64,000 bases of DNA from Candidatus Hadarchaeota archaeon. Lineage in GTDB: Archaea; CAYQAE01; CAYVLA01. The DNA is taken from positions 12,360-76,359 of the forward strand of contig CAYVLA010000008.1 of assembly GCA_964452145.1 (NCBI GenBank), given 5' to 3'. Positions within the stretch are counted from its first letter, which is position 1. Every line of letters starts with the position of its first letter. The position numbers were made by a program, and so were the translations under genes. The notes under the pieces are model-generated. The model was not told the DNA's origin, did no database searches, and worked only from the letters and a program-made list of their open reading frames with translations. Positions 37,608 to 47,605 of the stretch are shown here, piece after piece.

Positions 37608-39359
37608 ATGTCGGAACTCAAGAGGAGCTGCCTGAGCCTCTCCGCCTATGTAACCGCGCACGCCGTTAGCCGATTCCTATCCAACGAGAGGGAAAGACGA
37701 AGAGCGATCAGCCAGTTCAGGAATCTTGGGATAACAAAGGTCTACGAGGAGTTCTATCGCAGCGGATTCCTCGTCGAGGAACCGGTCCTGAGGAGGGTGA
37801 AGGGGGCCCTTGAACGGGCCGGCTTCGAGGTCTCCGGAGGCATCGCGACCACGCATGGAGGCAACTTCACGAAGGAAGCCACCATGGGTTGGAGCTGGAT
37901 CTGCTACACCTCGCCCAAGTCGCGGCACAATCTGCGAGAAGCCATGGTGATGGCAGCAAGCATCTTCGATGAGATCATAGTGGATGACTTCCTCTGTACC
38001 GCCTGCCGGTGCGGCGGGTGCAGGCGACAGAAGGGCAGGAGGGACTGGCGAGCCTTCTACCGGGACCTGATGGTGGATTTCTCGGCATCGTGCCTGATAG
38101 ATCCGGCCAAGAAGGTGAACCCATCCATCCGACTGATCATCAAGTACCCCCAGTGGTACGATAGATTCCATGTCTTCGGGTACGACGTGGGGCGACAAAT
38201 CAAGGCATTCGACGCGGTATGGGTGGGAACCGAGATACGCGATCCCAGGATCGAGTTCGTTCACCAGTACGAGCCGTTCGCGAACTACTCCTACTTGGCT
38301 TCGGTGGGGGGCACGAAGGTTTCCGGTGCATGGTTTGACTACTATAACTGCTATCCGGAGATCTACCTGGAACAGGCGTACCAAAGCATTCTGGCGGGGG
38401 CGCCCGAGCTCGTGCTCTTCTGCTACGATCCCGTCCGGTACGACACGCGGGATCCAAACACCGAGGCCCTGATTGGGAGGAGAAGCTTCCTTGAGGGCCT
38501 CTGCGAGGCCCTGAAAGGGCGAAGACCCATAGGCATCGAGGCATACAAGCCGCAGGACAGCGACCCCGCGGCTGAATCCTTCCTCTTCGACTACCTCGGT
38601 GTGATGGGTCTCCCAGTGTTGGTGACCGCAGATCCTCCGCGAGGAAAGGCGGTCCTCCTCTCGGCCCACGCCCTGCACGATCCCCTCATCGAGGAACGGG
38701 TCCAGAATCTGCCAGCCGGCAGCACGGTTCTGGCAACGAGCGGCTTCCTAGAAGGGCTGGAGAGCAGCTCGCTGCCCGGCGATCTCTTCGGGCTCGGGAG
38801 GGAGCCCATCGCAAGGAGGAACCTCTTCGGATACCGTTTCGCCGTGGAGGGCTCTGAGCATCTGGCTGAGAACCGTGTGCTACTCAGGTCCTATCTACAA
38901 CCCTCACGGGCACGTGTGGTGGCCGAGATGTTGGAGAGGCGCAGCTACCCTATCCTAACGGTCAACGAGGTCGCCGGGACCACCTACCTCGCGGCCTGCA
39001 TGGACACCTTCCGCTACATGCCATATCATGGCCCAGCCAAGGTCACCGCAGCCGAGCCGGTCTCCCTCATCCATCTGCCTCAGGGATACTTGGACAGACT
39101 GAGGGAGCTTGTGCTTGTTCCCCTTGGCTTGACCTTCAGAGCACCTTCGAGAGTCGGAGTGTATCTGTATTGCGGCAAGACGGGGGACCAACCGGAGATC
39201 ATCGCCGTGGAGAACTTCGGCGATCAGGCGGTGGAGGTCAAGCTGGGACACTTTGCCGAGCTTTCACCCAGAGTCGGCGGGGCGGCGTTGAGACCTGAGG
39301 GAACCCTTTGGACGATCCGGCTGCCAAGAAGGGACCTGGCTTTGCTTGCCCCATCCTAG
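37608..39359 (+). CDS. Conserved hypothetical, possible glycoside hydrolase-like barrel
   Basis: 583-aa ORF with EIIVDDF, IIKYPQWYD, WVGTE.RDP. Confidence 0.65.
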   Translation: MSELKRSCLSLSAYVTAHAVSRFLSNERERRRAISQFRNLGITKVYEEFYRSGFLVEEPVLRRVKGALERAGFEVSGGIATTHGGNFTKEATMGWSWICYTSPKSRHNLREAMVMAASIFDEIIVDDFLCTACRCGGCRRQKGRRDWRAFYRDLMVDFSASCLIDPAKKVNPSIRLIIKYPQWYDRFHVFGYDVGRQIKAFDAVWVGTEIRDPRIEFVHQYEPFANYSYLASVGGTKVSGAWFDYYNCYPEIYLEQAYQSILAGAPELVLFCYDPVRYDTRDPNTEALIGRRSFLEGLCEALKGRRPIGIEAYKPQDSDPAAESFLFDYLGVMGLPVLVTADPPRGKAVLLSAHALHDPLIEERVQNLPAGSTVLATSGFLEGLESSSLPGDLFGLGREPIARRNLFGYRFAVEGSEHLAENRVLLRSYLQPSRARVVAEMLERRSYPILTVNEVAGTTYLAACMDTFRYMPYHGPAKVTAAEPVSLIHLPQGYLDRLRELVLVPLGLTFRAPSRVGVYLYCGKTGDQPEIIAVENFGDQAVEVKLGHFAELSPRVGGAALRPEGTLWTIRLPRRDLALLAPS

Positions 39360-39432
39360 AGTTCTCGTGCATCCCTGCCGGGGGGCGCAGCCCTGAATCC
39401 ATTTATAAGAACTTCCAAGGCAGGCGTTGCGC

Positions 39433-40431
39433 ATGGTCTTCAAGATCGGCTACTGGGTTCCCCTTGAGGGCTTCAGGAATCCGGTACATCTCGTCCAGCT
39501 CGCCACCCGGGCGGAGGAGATCGGCTTCGAAACTACGGCGGTGAGCGACCATTTCCATCCCTGGACACACAAGGGGGCACATGCTACCTTCCCCTGGATA
39601 TGGCTTTCCTCCCTGCTGGCGGTCACTCGCAGAACCATGGTCGGTACTGCATGCACGACGCCGACAATGAGGTACAACCCCGCAATCGTGGCCCAAGCCT
39701 TCGCAAGCATGGGCGCCATGTACCCCGGAAGGGTCTTTCTTAGCGTTGGGACGGGTGAGAAGCTCAACGAGTACCCCCTGGGCTTCGACTGGCCCGACTT
39801 CAAGACGCGAAAGGCCATGCTGGAGGAGGCGGTGATACTGATACGCAAGCTGTGGACGGGCGAGTTCGTCGATTTCGACGGGGACTACTACAGGCTGCGA
39901 GACGCCCGCCTCTACGACGTACCGGCCGTACCCATCCCACTCATCGTCGCAGCGAGCGGTGAGAAGATGTGTCAGACTGCCGGCAGGCTTGGCGACGGAA
40001 TCCTGACCGTGGCCTCCATACCCGACTTCAAGTCGATCGTTCTCCCGAACCTCGCCAAGGGGGCTGCGGAGGCAGGCAAGGATCCTGAGAAGCTCATCAA
40101 GATGGTGGAGCTGAAGGTTGCCCTCGACGAGGACTACGACAAGGCACTACGGCAGTGTCGCTTCTGGAGGACGACCGGCATCCATGGCCACATAGGCCTC
40201 TCCTCGGATCCGAGGGAGCTGGAGAGAGTGGCCGATGCGCAGGTGACAGACGAGAGGGTTAAGGATCTGTGGTTCGTAACCACCGATATCGAGGAGATAG
40301 TCAGGAAGGTTGAGACCTACATCGAGGCGGGCTACAACTGGATCCAGATACACAGCTGCAGCCCGGATGAGGAGAACTTCCTTGATTGCTTCGGCAGGGA
40401 GGCCATGCCCCACCTGCGGGATCTGGCATGA
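39433..40431 (+). CDS. F420-dependent LLM-class oxidoreductase (G6PDH-F420-like)
   Basis: SDHFHPW, RYNPAIVAQAFA, GTGE.LNE. Confidence 0.85.
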   Translation: MVFKIGYWVPLEGFRNPVHLVQLATRAEEIGFETTAVSDHFHPWTHKGAHATFPWIWLSSLLAVTRRTMVGTACTTPTMRYNPAIVAQAFASMGAMYPGRVFLSVGTGEKLNEYPLGFDWPDFKTRKAMLEEAVILIRKLWTGEFVDFDGDYYRLRDARLYDVPAVPIPLIVAASGEKMCQTAGRLGDGILTVASIPDFKSIVLPNLAKGAAEAGKDPEKLIKMVELKVALDEDYDKALRQCRFWRTTGIHGHIGLSSDPRELERVADAQVTDERVKDLWFVTTDIEEIVRKVETYIEAGYNWIQIHSCSPDEENFLDCFGREAMPHLRDLA

Positions 40432-40447
40432 ACCGGGGAAGTAAGGC

Positions 40448-41551
40448 TTGACCTCCAGCTATAGAAGATTCTTCGACGCCATCTCTCTCGATGAACCCGA
40501 TCGCGTTCCCCTATCCGATGTGGATGTCGACCTCGATGTCCTCCAGCAAGCGATCGGGCGAAAGCTCTGCTCGGAGGCGGATCGAGCAAGAGCCTTGGCC
40601 GACTTGGGCTTCGACATGGTCGTGGCGAGACACCGACTGCTGGGCCACGGACAGAGTATTCTCGGCCGTCCCGACCCTGTCTGGGAGCCCAGATGGATCG
40701 ATCGGGATACATACCAGGGGGAGTGGGGCGAGATCCGAAGACGAACCGCCCAGATGGACGCACCCATCGATGGAGTCATAAGATCGGAGGAAGACCTCGA
40801 TGACTTCCCGCTGCCGGATCCGGAGAAGGAAGGACGCGTAAACCCGGTTCGGGAGGCCATCCGATCCCTAGGCGCGGACTGCCCGGTCTTTGCCCTCATT
40901 CATGACGCCTTCGAGTTGCCGTGGATCATGCGCGGAGGCATCCCTAGGCTCATCTCCGACTACCACAGACGCCCCAAGCTAGCAAGGAGGCTGGCGAGGA
41001 TCACTACGGACTTCAACGTAGAGATGGCCAATATCCTCCTCGATGAGGGCGCGGCCGGGATACTCACCGGGGATGACTATGCCTTCGCCAACGGGCCATT
41101 CATGAGCCCGAAACAGTTCAAGGCCTTCGTCTACCCCTATCTCCGAAAACTGATCCGAGCCGTCCATCGGAGGGGAGCCCCCTTCATCAAGCACACCGAC
41201 GGCATGATATGGCCCATAATGGATCTGATACTCGACGCTGGCCCGGAGGTTCTGAACCCGATACAGACCGAGGCGGGCATGATGCTCGAGGATGTCAAGG
41301 CGAGGCTTGGAGACCGCATCGCCCTCATGGGCAATGTGGATTGCGGGCCCGTGATGCACTTCGGTTCCGTCCAGGACGTGACAAGGGAGGTGTCGCGCTG
41401 CATCCATCAGGGCGCAACGGGGGGCGGCTACATCCTCAGCTCAAGCAACACGATCTACAGAGGCACGCGGCCCCAGAATCTCCTTGCAATGGCCAGTGCG
41501 ACGAGGCATCTTGGCAGATACCGGGACTCCTCATCATCGCGTAACATATAA
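40448..41551 (+). CDS. Uroporphyrinogen decarboxylase/MtaA-type methyltransferase family protein
   Basis: EPDRVP, GDD......FMSP, HTDG, GNVD, GGYILSSSN. Confidence 0.82.
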   Translation: MTSSYRRFFDAISLDEPDRVPLSDVDVDLDVLQQAIGRKLCSEADRARALADLGFDMVVARHRLLGHGQSILGRPDPVWEPRWIDRDTYQGEWGEIRRRTAQMDAPIDGVIRSEEDLDDFPLPDPEKEGRVNPVREAIRSLGADCPVFALIHDAFELPWIMRGGIPRLISDYHRRPKLARRLARITTDFNVEMANILLDEGAAGILTGDDYAFANGPFMSPKQFKAFVYPYLRKLIRAVHRRGAPFIKHTDGMIWPIMDLILDAGPEVLNPIQTEAGMMLEDVKARLGDRIALMGNVDCGPVMHFGSVQDVTREVSRCIHQGATGGGYILSSSNTIYRGTRPQNLLAMASATRHLGRYRDSSSSRNI

Positions 41552-41579
41552 GCTTTCGGCGCTCCCACCCTCATCCAGA

Positions 41580-42608
41580 ATGGGCGTCGATCTGGGGTCT
41601 CTGGTGGTCAGGGAGGAGGTTGGCCTCGACCACCTGCGGGGCAGAACCTTGGCCGTGGACGCGAGCAGCATCATCCACCAGTTCTTGGCATTGGTCAGAT
41701 ACCCCACCGGCGTCCCCCTTATGGACGCGGAGGGCCACATCACATCGGCACTTGCCGGTTTGTTCTACAGATCAACAAGGCTCATCTACCGCCACGGAAT
41801 AGAGCTAGTATTCGTCTTCGACGGCAAGAGACCCCCGATCAAGTTCTCCTGGCTAACGGACGAGGAGCGTGAGAAGCGGAGAGCACGATTCGAGAGGGCT
41901 CTGGTGGAATGGCGACAGGCCCTGGATCGCGGTGACCTCAGGAGAGCCTTCTCAAAGGCCGTCACCACTGGCATGATCGATTCCGACATCATCAACGATT
42001 CCAAGCGCTTGATCGGCCTCCTCGGCATTCCGATCGTGCAGGCCCCCGGGGAGGCCGAGGCACAGGCTTCCTACATCGTCAAGAAGGGCAGGGCATGGGC
42101 CGTCAACAGCCGCGACTTCGATTGCCTGCTGTTCGGAGCAACAAGGATGGCTAGGTACGTCTCGATTGCAGGCGTCTACCGTGGGGTGGGTCTTCCCAGC
42201 AGGCCTGAGGTCATCGAGCTGAAAGGCCTCCTCCAAAGTCTGGGCATCACCCATTCCCAGCTCATAGACATGGCGATCCTGATGGGAACCGACTACAACC
42301 GGGGCCTGAGAGGCATCGGCCCAAGAACGGCGCTAAGCTTGGTGCGAAGGCATGGCGCCCTGGAGGAGATGCCCCCCGAAATCGCCCTGCGCCTACCCGA
42401 CAATGTGAACGAGATCCGGACGGCCTTTCTCAAACCCATGATCGACAGGGGATACGCGATGACTAGCGGCGAGTTCGATCCCGAGGGGATCGTCAAGATG
42501 CTCTGTGGGGAGAGGGGATTTCGTGAGAAGAGCGTCCGCTCCACCATAGATCGCATGATCCGAGCAGGCACAAGGGGCAGGCAGTCCTCGCTGGAGAGTT
42601 GGACCTAG
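41580..42608 (+). CDS. fen: Flap endonuclease 1
   Basis: MGVDL, VFDG, APGEAEAQA, D.D.LLFG, GTDYN, GIGP; PIP box QSSLESW. Confidence 0.93.
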   Translation: MGVDLGSLVVREEVGLDHLRGRTLAVDASSIIHQFLALVRYPTGVPLMDAEGHITSALAGLFYRSTRLIYRHGIELVFVFDGKRPPIKFSWLTDEEREKRRARFERALVEWRQALDRGDLRRAFSKAVTTGMIDSDIINDSKRLIGLLGIPIVQAPGEAEAQASYIVKKGRAWAVNSRDFDCLLFGATRMARYVSIAGVYRGVGLPSRPEVIELKGLLQSLGITHSQLIDMAILMGTDYNRGLRGIGPRTALSLVRRHGALEEMPPEIALRLPDNVNEIRTAFLKPMIDRGYAMTSGEFDPEGIVKMLCGERGFREKSVRSTIDRMIRAGTRGRQSSLESWT

Positions 42609-42609
42609 G

Positions 42610-45294
42610 TCAGCGCGTGAGGGACTGCAGGATCGCGGGGTTGAGCCCCTTGAAAGAGGAGAGCCACTGAACCCTTTCCTCGACAAGCTCCTTGACATAT
42701 GCGTCGGCAAGCTCCTTGGAATAGAACCTGGATAGATCGTACCTGGAGATGTCCATACCGAGCACCTCCTCAGGAACTAGGACATCGAAGTAATCGGCCT
42801 TCTTCCACTTCAGCTCGCCGCGCGCTATTGCCCCGATGATGGCGGCGGACTCGAGAATACCGATCTTCTCGAACTTCTGCCTGACCACCCTCTCCCCGTC
42901 AGGGGTCCTCTCCGCCACCTCGCCCACCCCACCGGTGTTGAAGAGGTAGAACTGAGCTTTGTCCTTGTGTCTTGAGGCAAACTCGTATATGAAGTTACCC
43001 TCCTCGGCAAAGTCCCCCACGATGAACGGGTTCATCCCGACCTCTCTGACGGACTCACCCGCCCGGGCAGGGTCACTTCCAGAGGTCTCGATGGATTCTC
43101 CGAGCATGAAAGCGGCCGCCGCCTGCTCAGGGCTCAGCTTCGACACGGGGGGCACGACCGTGTTCCTCCGGGTGATGAAGAGGACGATCATGCCATCCAT
43201 CTCAGAAATTGGAGGAATGTTGAGGCTCAGACTGCAGTGCTCATCGAAGTCGGCGCGCTGCATTATGCCCCTGCCGTTTCCCGTCAGGGTCTTGTCCCCG
43301 AAGGAGACGTTTCCGCGGTAGTCGACCAGAACGTTTTCGAAGATGGCATCGGGCTTTGTGACCGCCTTGTATATCAGCGGCATGATCCGGGGGTCGACCC
43401 CCTCGGTCTTGAGGTAGAAGCCCTTCTCGCTACCATATGCCGACCCGTCGGGCTTCAGAAAGACCACGTCGTCCTGCACTATCTCGATGCCCTCGCCGGG
43501 CCGGTTCAGGCCGTGGTCGTGGCACGTATGTGTTGTCTTGCCCGTGGCGGTGAGACCGAAGATCAGCATGCTGTATTTCCTGATCTTTCCGCTGGTCTTG
43601 TCTCTCGCCCTGATGATCTTGGACCCAGCATGCAAGCCCAGCATGCCTCGCTGCTTGGCCTCCCACATCGCCATCCTTAGAAAGCCCTTCTTGTCCTCCC
43701 CGTAGTAGTCAGAGCCCAGCACGTAGGTGATCCCCATCTCGGGGAAGACCAGTATCTGTCTATCCTTCTCCTGCCATTCAGGTATGTGAAGCAGCTGCAG
43801 GAGGGGCTCGGCATTCGCCTTGTCGTCAAGTAGAGTCTGCCCAACCATGTAGGCAAGACGTATCATCTCCTTCCGGTGGGCGGACACGAAGAGGCGGCAT
43901 CTGGGAGAGAACTCGTCGTTGCCCCCCATCGTGCGTTGGACGCAGACGAAAGGCGCTTTCTGGACGTACTCGTGGACATCTTTGAGGGTCCCCGGAAGGT
44001 TGCGCAGGATCTGCTTCTTCCTCTCATTCAACTTGGTGTCCATGACCCTCGGGCTACCTATCACCACCGTCAGCGCAGCGCTACGGTTCTTCACCGTCGA
44101 GACGAAGTCGTAATTGCCGAATCTGGTCGGGGTGCCGTGTTCGACGGCCATCGCCTTCAACTGCTGGGCATCCGGGTGGACCACGTTCTTGCTATCAAAA
44201 AGCCGAGCCATGCTCTTGACGATCGCCTGGAGATTCTCGGGGCGCACTATCTCCCCCACTGGGGGGACTTCCTCCTTTTCCCGGACTTGGATGAGGTATT
44301 CCTTGGACCGGATTATCTCCCGAATCCTCTTCTGCACATCCAGGGCGGGAGCCTCCGTGTTTACCCTGTAGCAGGCCGCAAACTGTAATATGTCCTGCCA
44401 AAAAGCGGTCTGCAAAGCCATCCTGTCCTCGGTCCTGACCAGCCAATGAGGATTGAAGAACGGGTCCTTGGCGTTCCTCAGAAGCGCGATCGCCTCCTTC
44501 TGGGGAATCCGGGCGCAGATCCAGCCCTCGTTTGGCCTCTTCTGAAGGATGAAGATCACCTTGATCCTAGTGGTGTCGAGGAACTTCTCCTGACCCCCAA
44601 TCCACCAGGGGTCAAGAATGAAGTGCCCGTCGCCCGTCTTGCATCTGGCGAAGAGCTGTCTGATCCGAGGGTTGATCCTCGCCACATCGCTCTTCACCAG
44701 AAACTTCCTCTCAGACACCAAGGTCGATATCCTGCCCCTCTCACCTCCGAGCCTCTCCACGTAGATCCAGTCGTTGGAGTGCATCCTTGCTCCGTCCAAG
44801 TCTAGGAGCAGAAAGGTCTGGGTCGTTTTTCCTGCGTTCGGGTCCCCGGTGATGACTACTCCCTCCCCGTTCACATCGATCAGGGCGCCCCTGAGGAAGT
44901 GGATCTCTTTCTGCTCCTCCGCAACATCCATGGCGATGCCTAGCGCGAGCGATCGTACGATGTCGTAGTTGGTCTTGTTGATCACGACCGCCGTCTTGGT
45001 GTCTGAGTGATAGGTGACCTTCGGTTCAGTCTGGGGGACCCCGGTAACGGCGAAGATCACGCCGTGAGGCCTCGTGGTGTGCTCGTGTTCCAGGCCTGGC
45101 GCAGGAAACCAGTTCTCTCGCCAGAAGTCGTCAAGATGAGCATCGTTAGTCCTCAACTGCACGAATATGCCGTTGATGTTCGCATTCCAGACGAATATCT
45201 CCTGGCCCATGTACATCTCAGCAAGCCGAACGAACTCGTTTCTATCGACAAGCGATACCGCCGCCTCGGCTATGCTGCTGCGGGCAGGTGGCAT
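42610..45294 (-). CDS. PEP carboxykinase (ATP)-like protein with extra N-terminal P-loop domain
   Basis: C-half: YYGEDKKG, LHAG, GLTATGKTT, QDD, SEKGFYLKT, NGR; N-half: GDPNAGKTT...SNDW; likely start ATG 45294 after GAAGGAGG. Confidence 0.8.
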   Translation of the reverse strand: MPPARSSIAEAAVSLVDRNEFVRLAEMYMGQEIFVWNANINGIFVQLRTNDAHLDDFWRENWFPAPGLEHEHTTRPHGVIFAVTGVPQTEPKVTYHSDTKTAVVINKTNYDIVRSLALGIAMDVAEEQKEIHFLRGALIDVNGEGVVITGDPNAGKTTQTFLLLDLDGARMHSNDWIYVERLGGERGRISTLVSERKFLVKSDVARINPRIRQLFARCKTGDGHFILDPWWIGGQEKFLDTTRIKVIFILQKRPNEGWICARIPQKEAIALLRNAKDPFFNPHWLVRTEDRMALQTAFWQDILQFAACYRVNTEAPALDVQKRIREIIRSKEYLIQVREKEEVPPVGEIVRPENLQAIVKSMARLFDSKNVVHPDAQQLKAMAVEHGTPTRFGNYDFVSTVKNRSAALTVVIGSPRVMDTKLNERKKQILRNLPGTLKDVHEYVQKAPFVCVQRTMGGNDEFSPRCRLFVSAHRKEMIRLAYMVGQTLLDDKANAEPLLQLLHIPEWQEKDRQILVFPEMGITYVLGSDYYGEDKKGFLRMAMWEAKQRGMLGLHAGSKIIRARDKTSGKIRKYSMLIFGLTATGKTTHTCHDHGLNRPGEGIEIVQDDVVFLKPDGSAYGSEKGFYLKTEGVDPRIMPLIYKAVTKPDAIFENVLVDYRGNVSFGDKTLTGNGRGIMQRADFDEHCSLSLNIPPISEMDGMIVLFITRRNTVVPPVSKLSPEQAAAAFMLGESIETSGSDPARAGESVREVGMNPFIVGDFAEEGNFIYEFASRHKDKAQFYLFNTGGVGEVAERTPDGERVVRQKFEKIGILESAAIIGAIARGELKWKKADYFDVLVPEEVLGMDISRYDLSRFYSKELADAYVKELVEERVQWLSSFKGLNPAILQSLTR

Positions 45295-45396
45295 GGCTCG
45301 GCTGTCCTCCTTCAACCTCGGCTCAAGTTGGAAGGTCACGGGCCTAATAAAACTGACCTGGATCAGGCCACAGCGGGCGGGCCTCCAGTCCTGGAA

Positions 45397-46674
45397 TCAC
45401 TTCGGGGACTTCCTTGATATCTCCACGGGCGAGAAAGTTCTGGTCTTCCCCCCGTCGAGGCTGGCCTCCCCCATTATCATGAATCTGTCGATGTCTCTGA
45501 ACTCCTCTCCAAGCCAAGGATAGTAGACCCCGGTCAGATTAAACCCGTACGTGGCGCCAGCCGCGATCTCCTTCAGTTCGATCATTCCTCCTCTGATCAC
45601 GTCCAGATAGGGATCGTCGCTCTCCACCAACCCTCGCCCATCCTTCGTCGACCCGCTCTCCCACTTCATGAAGGGCACTCCCGGGGTACCAACCCAGACT
45701 CCCCTGAAGCGCTTCCTTCTCGTGTCCCACTGGACGATGAACTTGCTCGGGATCTGAAGATGAGCGGTCTCATTGCTGTAAAGCCCCAGATAGCGGAACG
45801 CTTCGGAGAGATCTATCCTCAACTCCTTGATGCTGGTGGCCATGGCTCCGATGCGTATCATCGAAATCATGTCCGCGGGGGCCGCCTTGGCCCTATTCAG
45901 GGATTCCCGGATGACATCAATCGATCTGGCAAGCTCGAGCAGGTCCTTTCCAGTATAGTTGGAGTAGGCGGGATACCGGAAGTACCCGTGGTAGGTCACC
46001 GAGTAGCTCGTCAGCCCGCGGTTGACCTCGTTGGCAAGGGAGATGTAGAAGGTGCTCGAATTCTCTTCGGATATGCGGAGCGGCACGGAGTAGGCGGTGA
46101 CCGAGTCCGGCCTGTTGTACAGGTAGATCCGGGAGACGAAGATGAAGCCCGTGAAGACGACTAGGACCGTGAGCACGACCAGGGTCCTCCTATCCAGAAC
46201 AAGAGGTTCGCCCTTGGTCATTCTTCGGGTGATGGAGATCTCCATCACATCCCGCCGCACATTCTCGGCAAGACCCGAGAAACCATGCTGTGCAACCACG
46301 CTCGCTGCGCCGGCACCGGCGATGAGAGCGGTCCAGATGATGCCGTAGATGTTCACATCGTATATGAGGCCTCTGTCGAGCAGGTCGGTGGAGACCAGGA
46401 ACTTCATGACGGCGTAAAAACCGACCAAGACAAGCCCGGTCGCGACCCACCACCCCAGCCGCTGGGACAGCTTCCCGACGACGCTCTGGAGAAAGAACGG
46501 AAGAATGATCCCGGAATAGACCACGACCGCGACCACGTAGAAGAGGCCTTGGATATCGGGCTTGAAGACGCTGTAGAGGATGACGAGGATGATTACCAGA
46601 AGGTAGAGGAAGAACAGCCTGTAATAAGGCGGGACGTATCTAAGCGTCTCTACCCATCTCTTGATTCCGCTCAA
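45397..46674 (-). CDS. Membrane protein with extracellular domain, hypothetical
   Basis: About five TM segments then a soluble domain; last gene of the ABC operon. Confidence 0.65.
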   Translation of the reverse strand: MSGIKRWVETLRYVPPYYRLFFLYLLVIILVILYSVFKPDIQGLFYVVAVVVYSGIILPFFLQSVVGKLSQRLGWWVATGLVLVGFYAVMKFLVSTDLLDRGLIYDVNIYGIIWTALIAGAGAASVVAQHGFSGLAENVRRDVMEISITRRMTKGEPLVLDRRTLVVLTVLVVFTGFIFVSRIYLYNRPDSVTAYSVPLRISEENSSTFYISLANEVNRGLTSYSVTYHGYFRYPAYSNYTGKDLLELARSIDVIRESLNRAKAAPADMISMIRIGAMATSIKELRIDLSEAFRYLGLYSNETAHLQIPSKFIVQWDTRRKRFRGVWVGTPGVPFMKWESGSTKDGRGLVESDDPYLDVIRGGMIELKEIAAGATYGFNLTGVYYPWLGEEFRDIDRFMIMGEASLDGGKTRTFSPVEISRKSPK

Positions 46675-46697
46675 CGATCCACCCCGGAGGGGTAACT

Positions 46698-47540
46698 CTA
46701 GTCCTCGATCCTTACCCGGGTTTCCTCCCGCACGAGGACCCTTCCCCCTGGAGACGATCCCACCAAGCGGAATTCGGTGCCCAGGGAGGGATAGGCCTGA
46801 CCGAGAACAAGCTCCTTTCCAACAATGTCGGCCTTGACCTTATCGGTTATCTTCCTGACCAAGGCCGAAGGGAGACTGAAGGGCGATTTGAGAACGACGA
46901 CCTTGGCATCCGACCCTTTGGCCCCCACCTCTTCGATCGGAACTTCCTCCGCCCCCTTCGCTATCTTGAGTTTTCCCGAGCACTGCAGACAGTACCGCTG
47001 GGACTCGTCAAGGCACTCCGTGCAGACTCGCTTCGCACACTTCAGGCACTGGAAGCCCTTGGTCGGCTGGCCGCATATGGAACAGGTAGTGCACTCAATG
47101 CATCTGGTATCGTCGATCTGCACCTCCCCGCGCGAATCCAGAAACTTGCCCTCACAGCCCATGCCGAACCACCTTCCGCATCCGAAGCACTGCATCAGGG
47201 CGAATTCCACACGACACACCTCGCAAATCTGGGCCGCGCCGAAGCTCCCGACCATCTTTCGAGACCTGAGCTTGAAGGCCTGACCGCCAAGAGCTATGCC
47301 TACCCCGAAGAGCATGGGGAGCCATATCCTGGGGGACCACACCTTAACCATGCTGAACATGAACAGCCCGGTGCCAACCAGCGCAATGCCGAGGAAGAGC
47401 AGAAGACCCGGGATCGTAGTGTCCAGAAGACCCATCGGTCCGCCTTCCTCCCCTCCTTGACCTGCCTCGCCCCCCTCGCCTCCGGCCATGCCACCCATGC
47501 CGAAGCCGAACCCGCCGAAGCCACCTCCTCCGAAACCCAT
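46698..47540 (-). CDS. Membrane-anchored Cys-rich zinc-finger protein with CDC48 domain-2-like C-terminus
   Basis: Gly-rich N-terminus, 2 TM, at least seven CxxC pairs, terminal FRLVGSSPGGRVLVREETRVRI. Confidence 0.7.
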   Translation of the reverse strand: MGFGGGGFGGFGFGMGGMAGGEGGEAGQGGEEGGPMGLLDTTIPGLLLFLGIALVGTGLFMFSMVKVWSPRIWLPMLFGVGIALGGQAFKLRSRKMVGSFGAAQICEVCRVEFALMQCFGCGRWFGMGCEGKFLDSRGEVQIDDTRCIECTTCSICGQPTKGFQCLKCAKRVCTECLDESQRYCLQCSGKLKIAKGAEEVPIEEVGAKGSDAKVVVLKSPFSLPSALVRKITDKVKADIVGKELVLGQAYPSLGTEFRLVGSSPGGRVLVREETRVRIED

Positions 47541-47605
47541 CTCACATCACCTCTGATTTGCAGTTCGTATCTGAAATAGCTGCGCTTTCGCCGCCCGGGA
47601 GGCAC

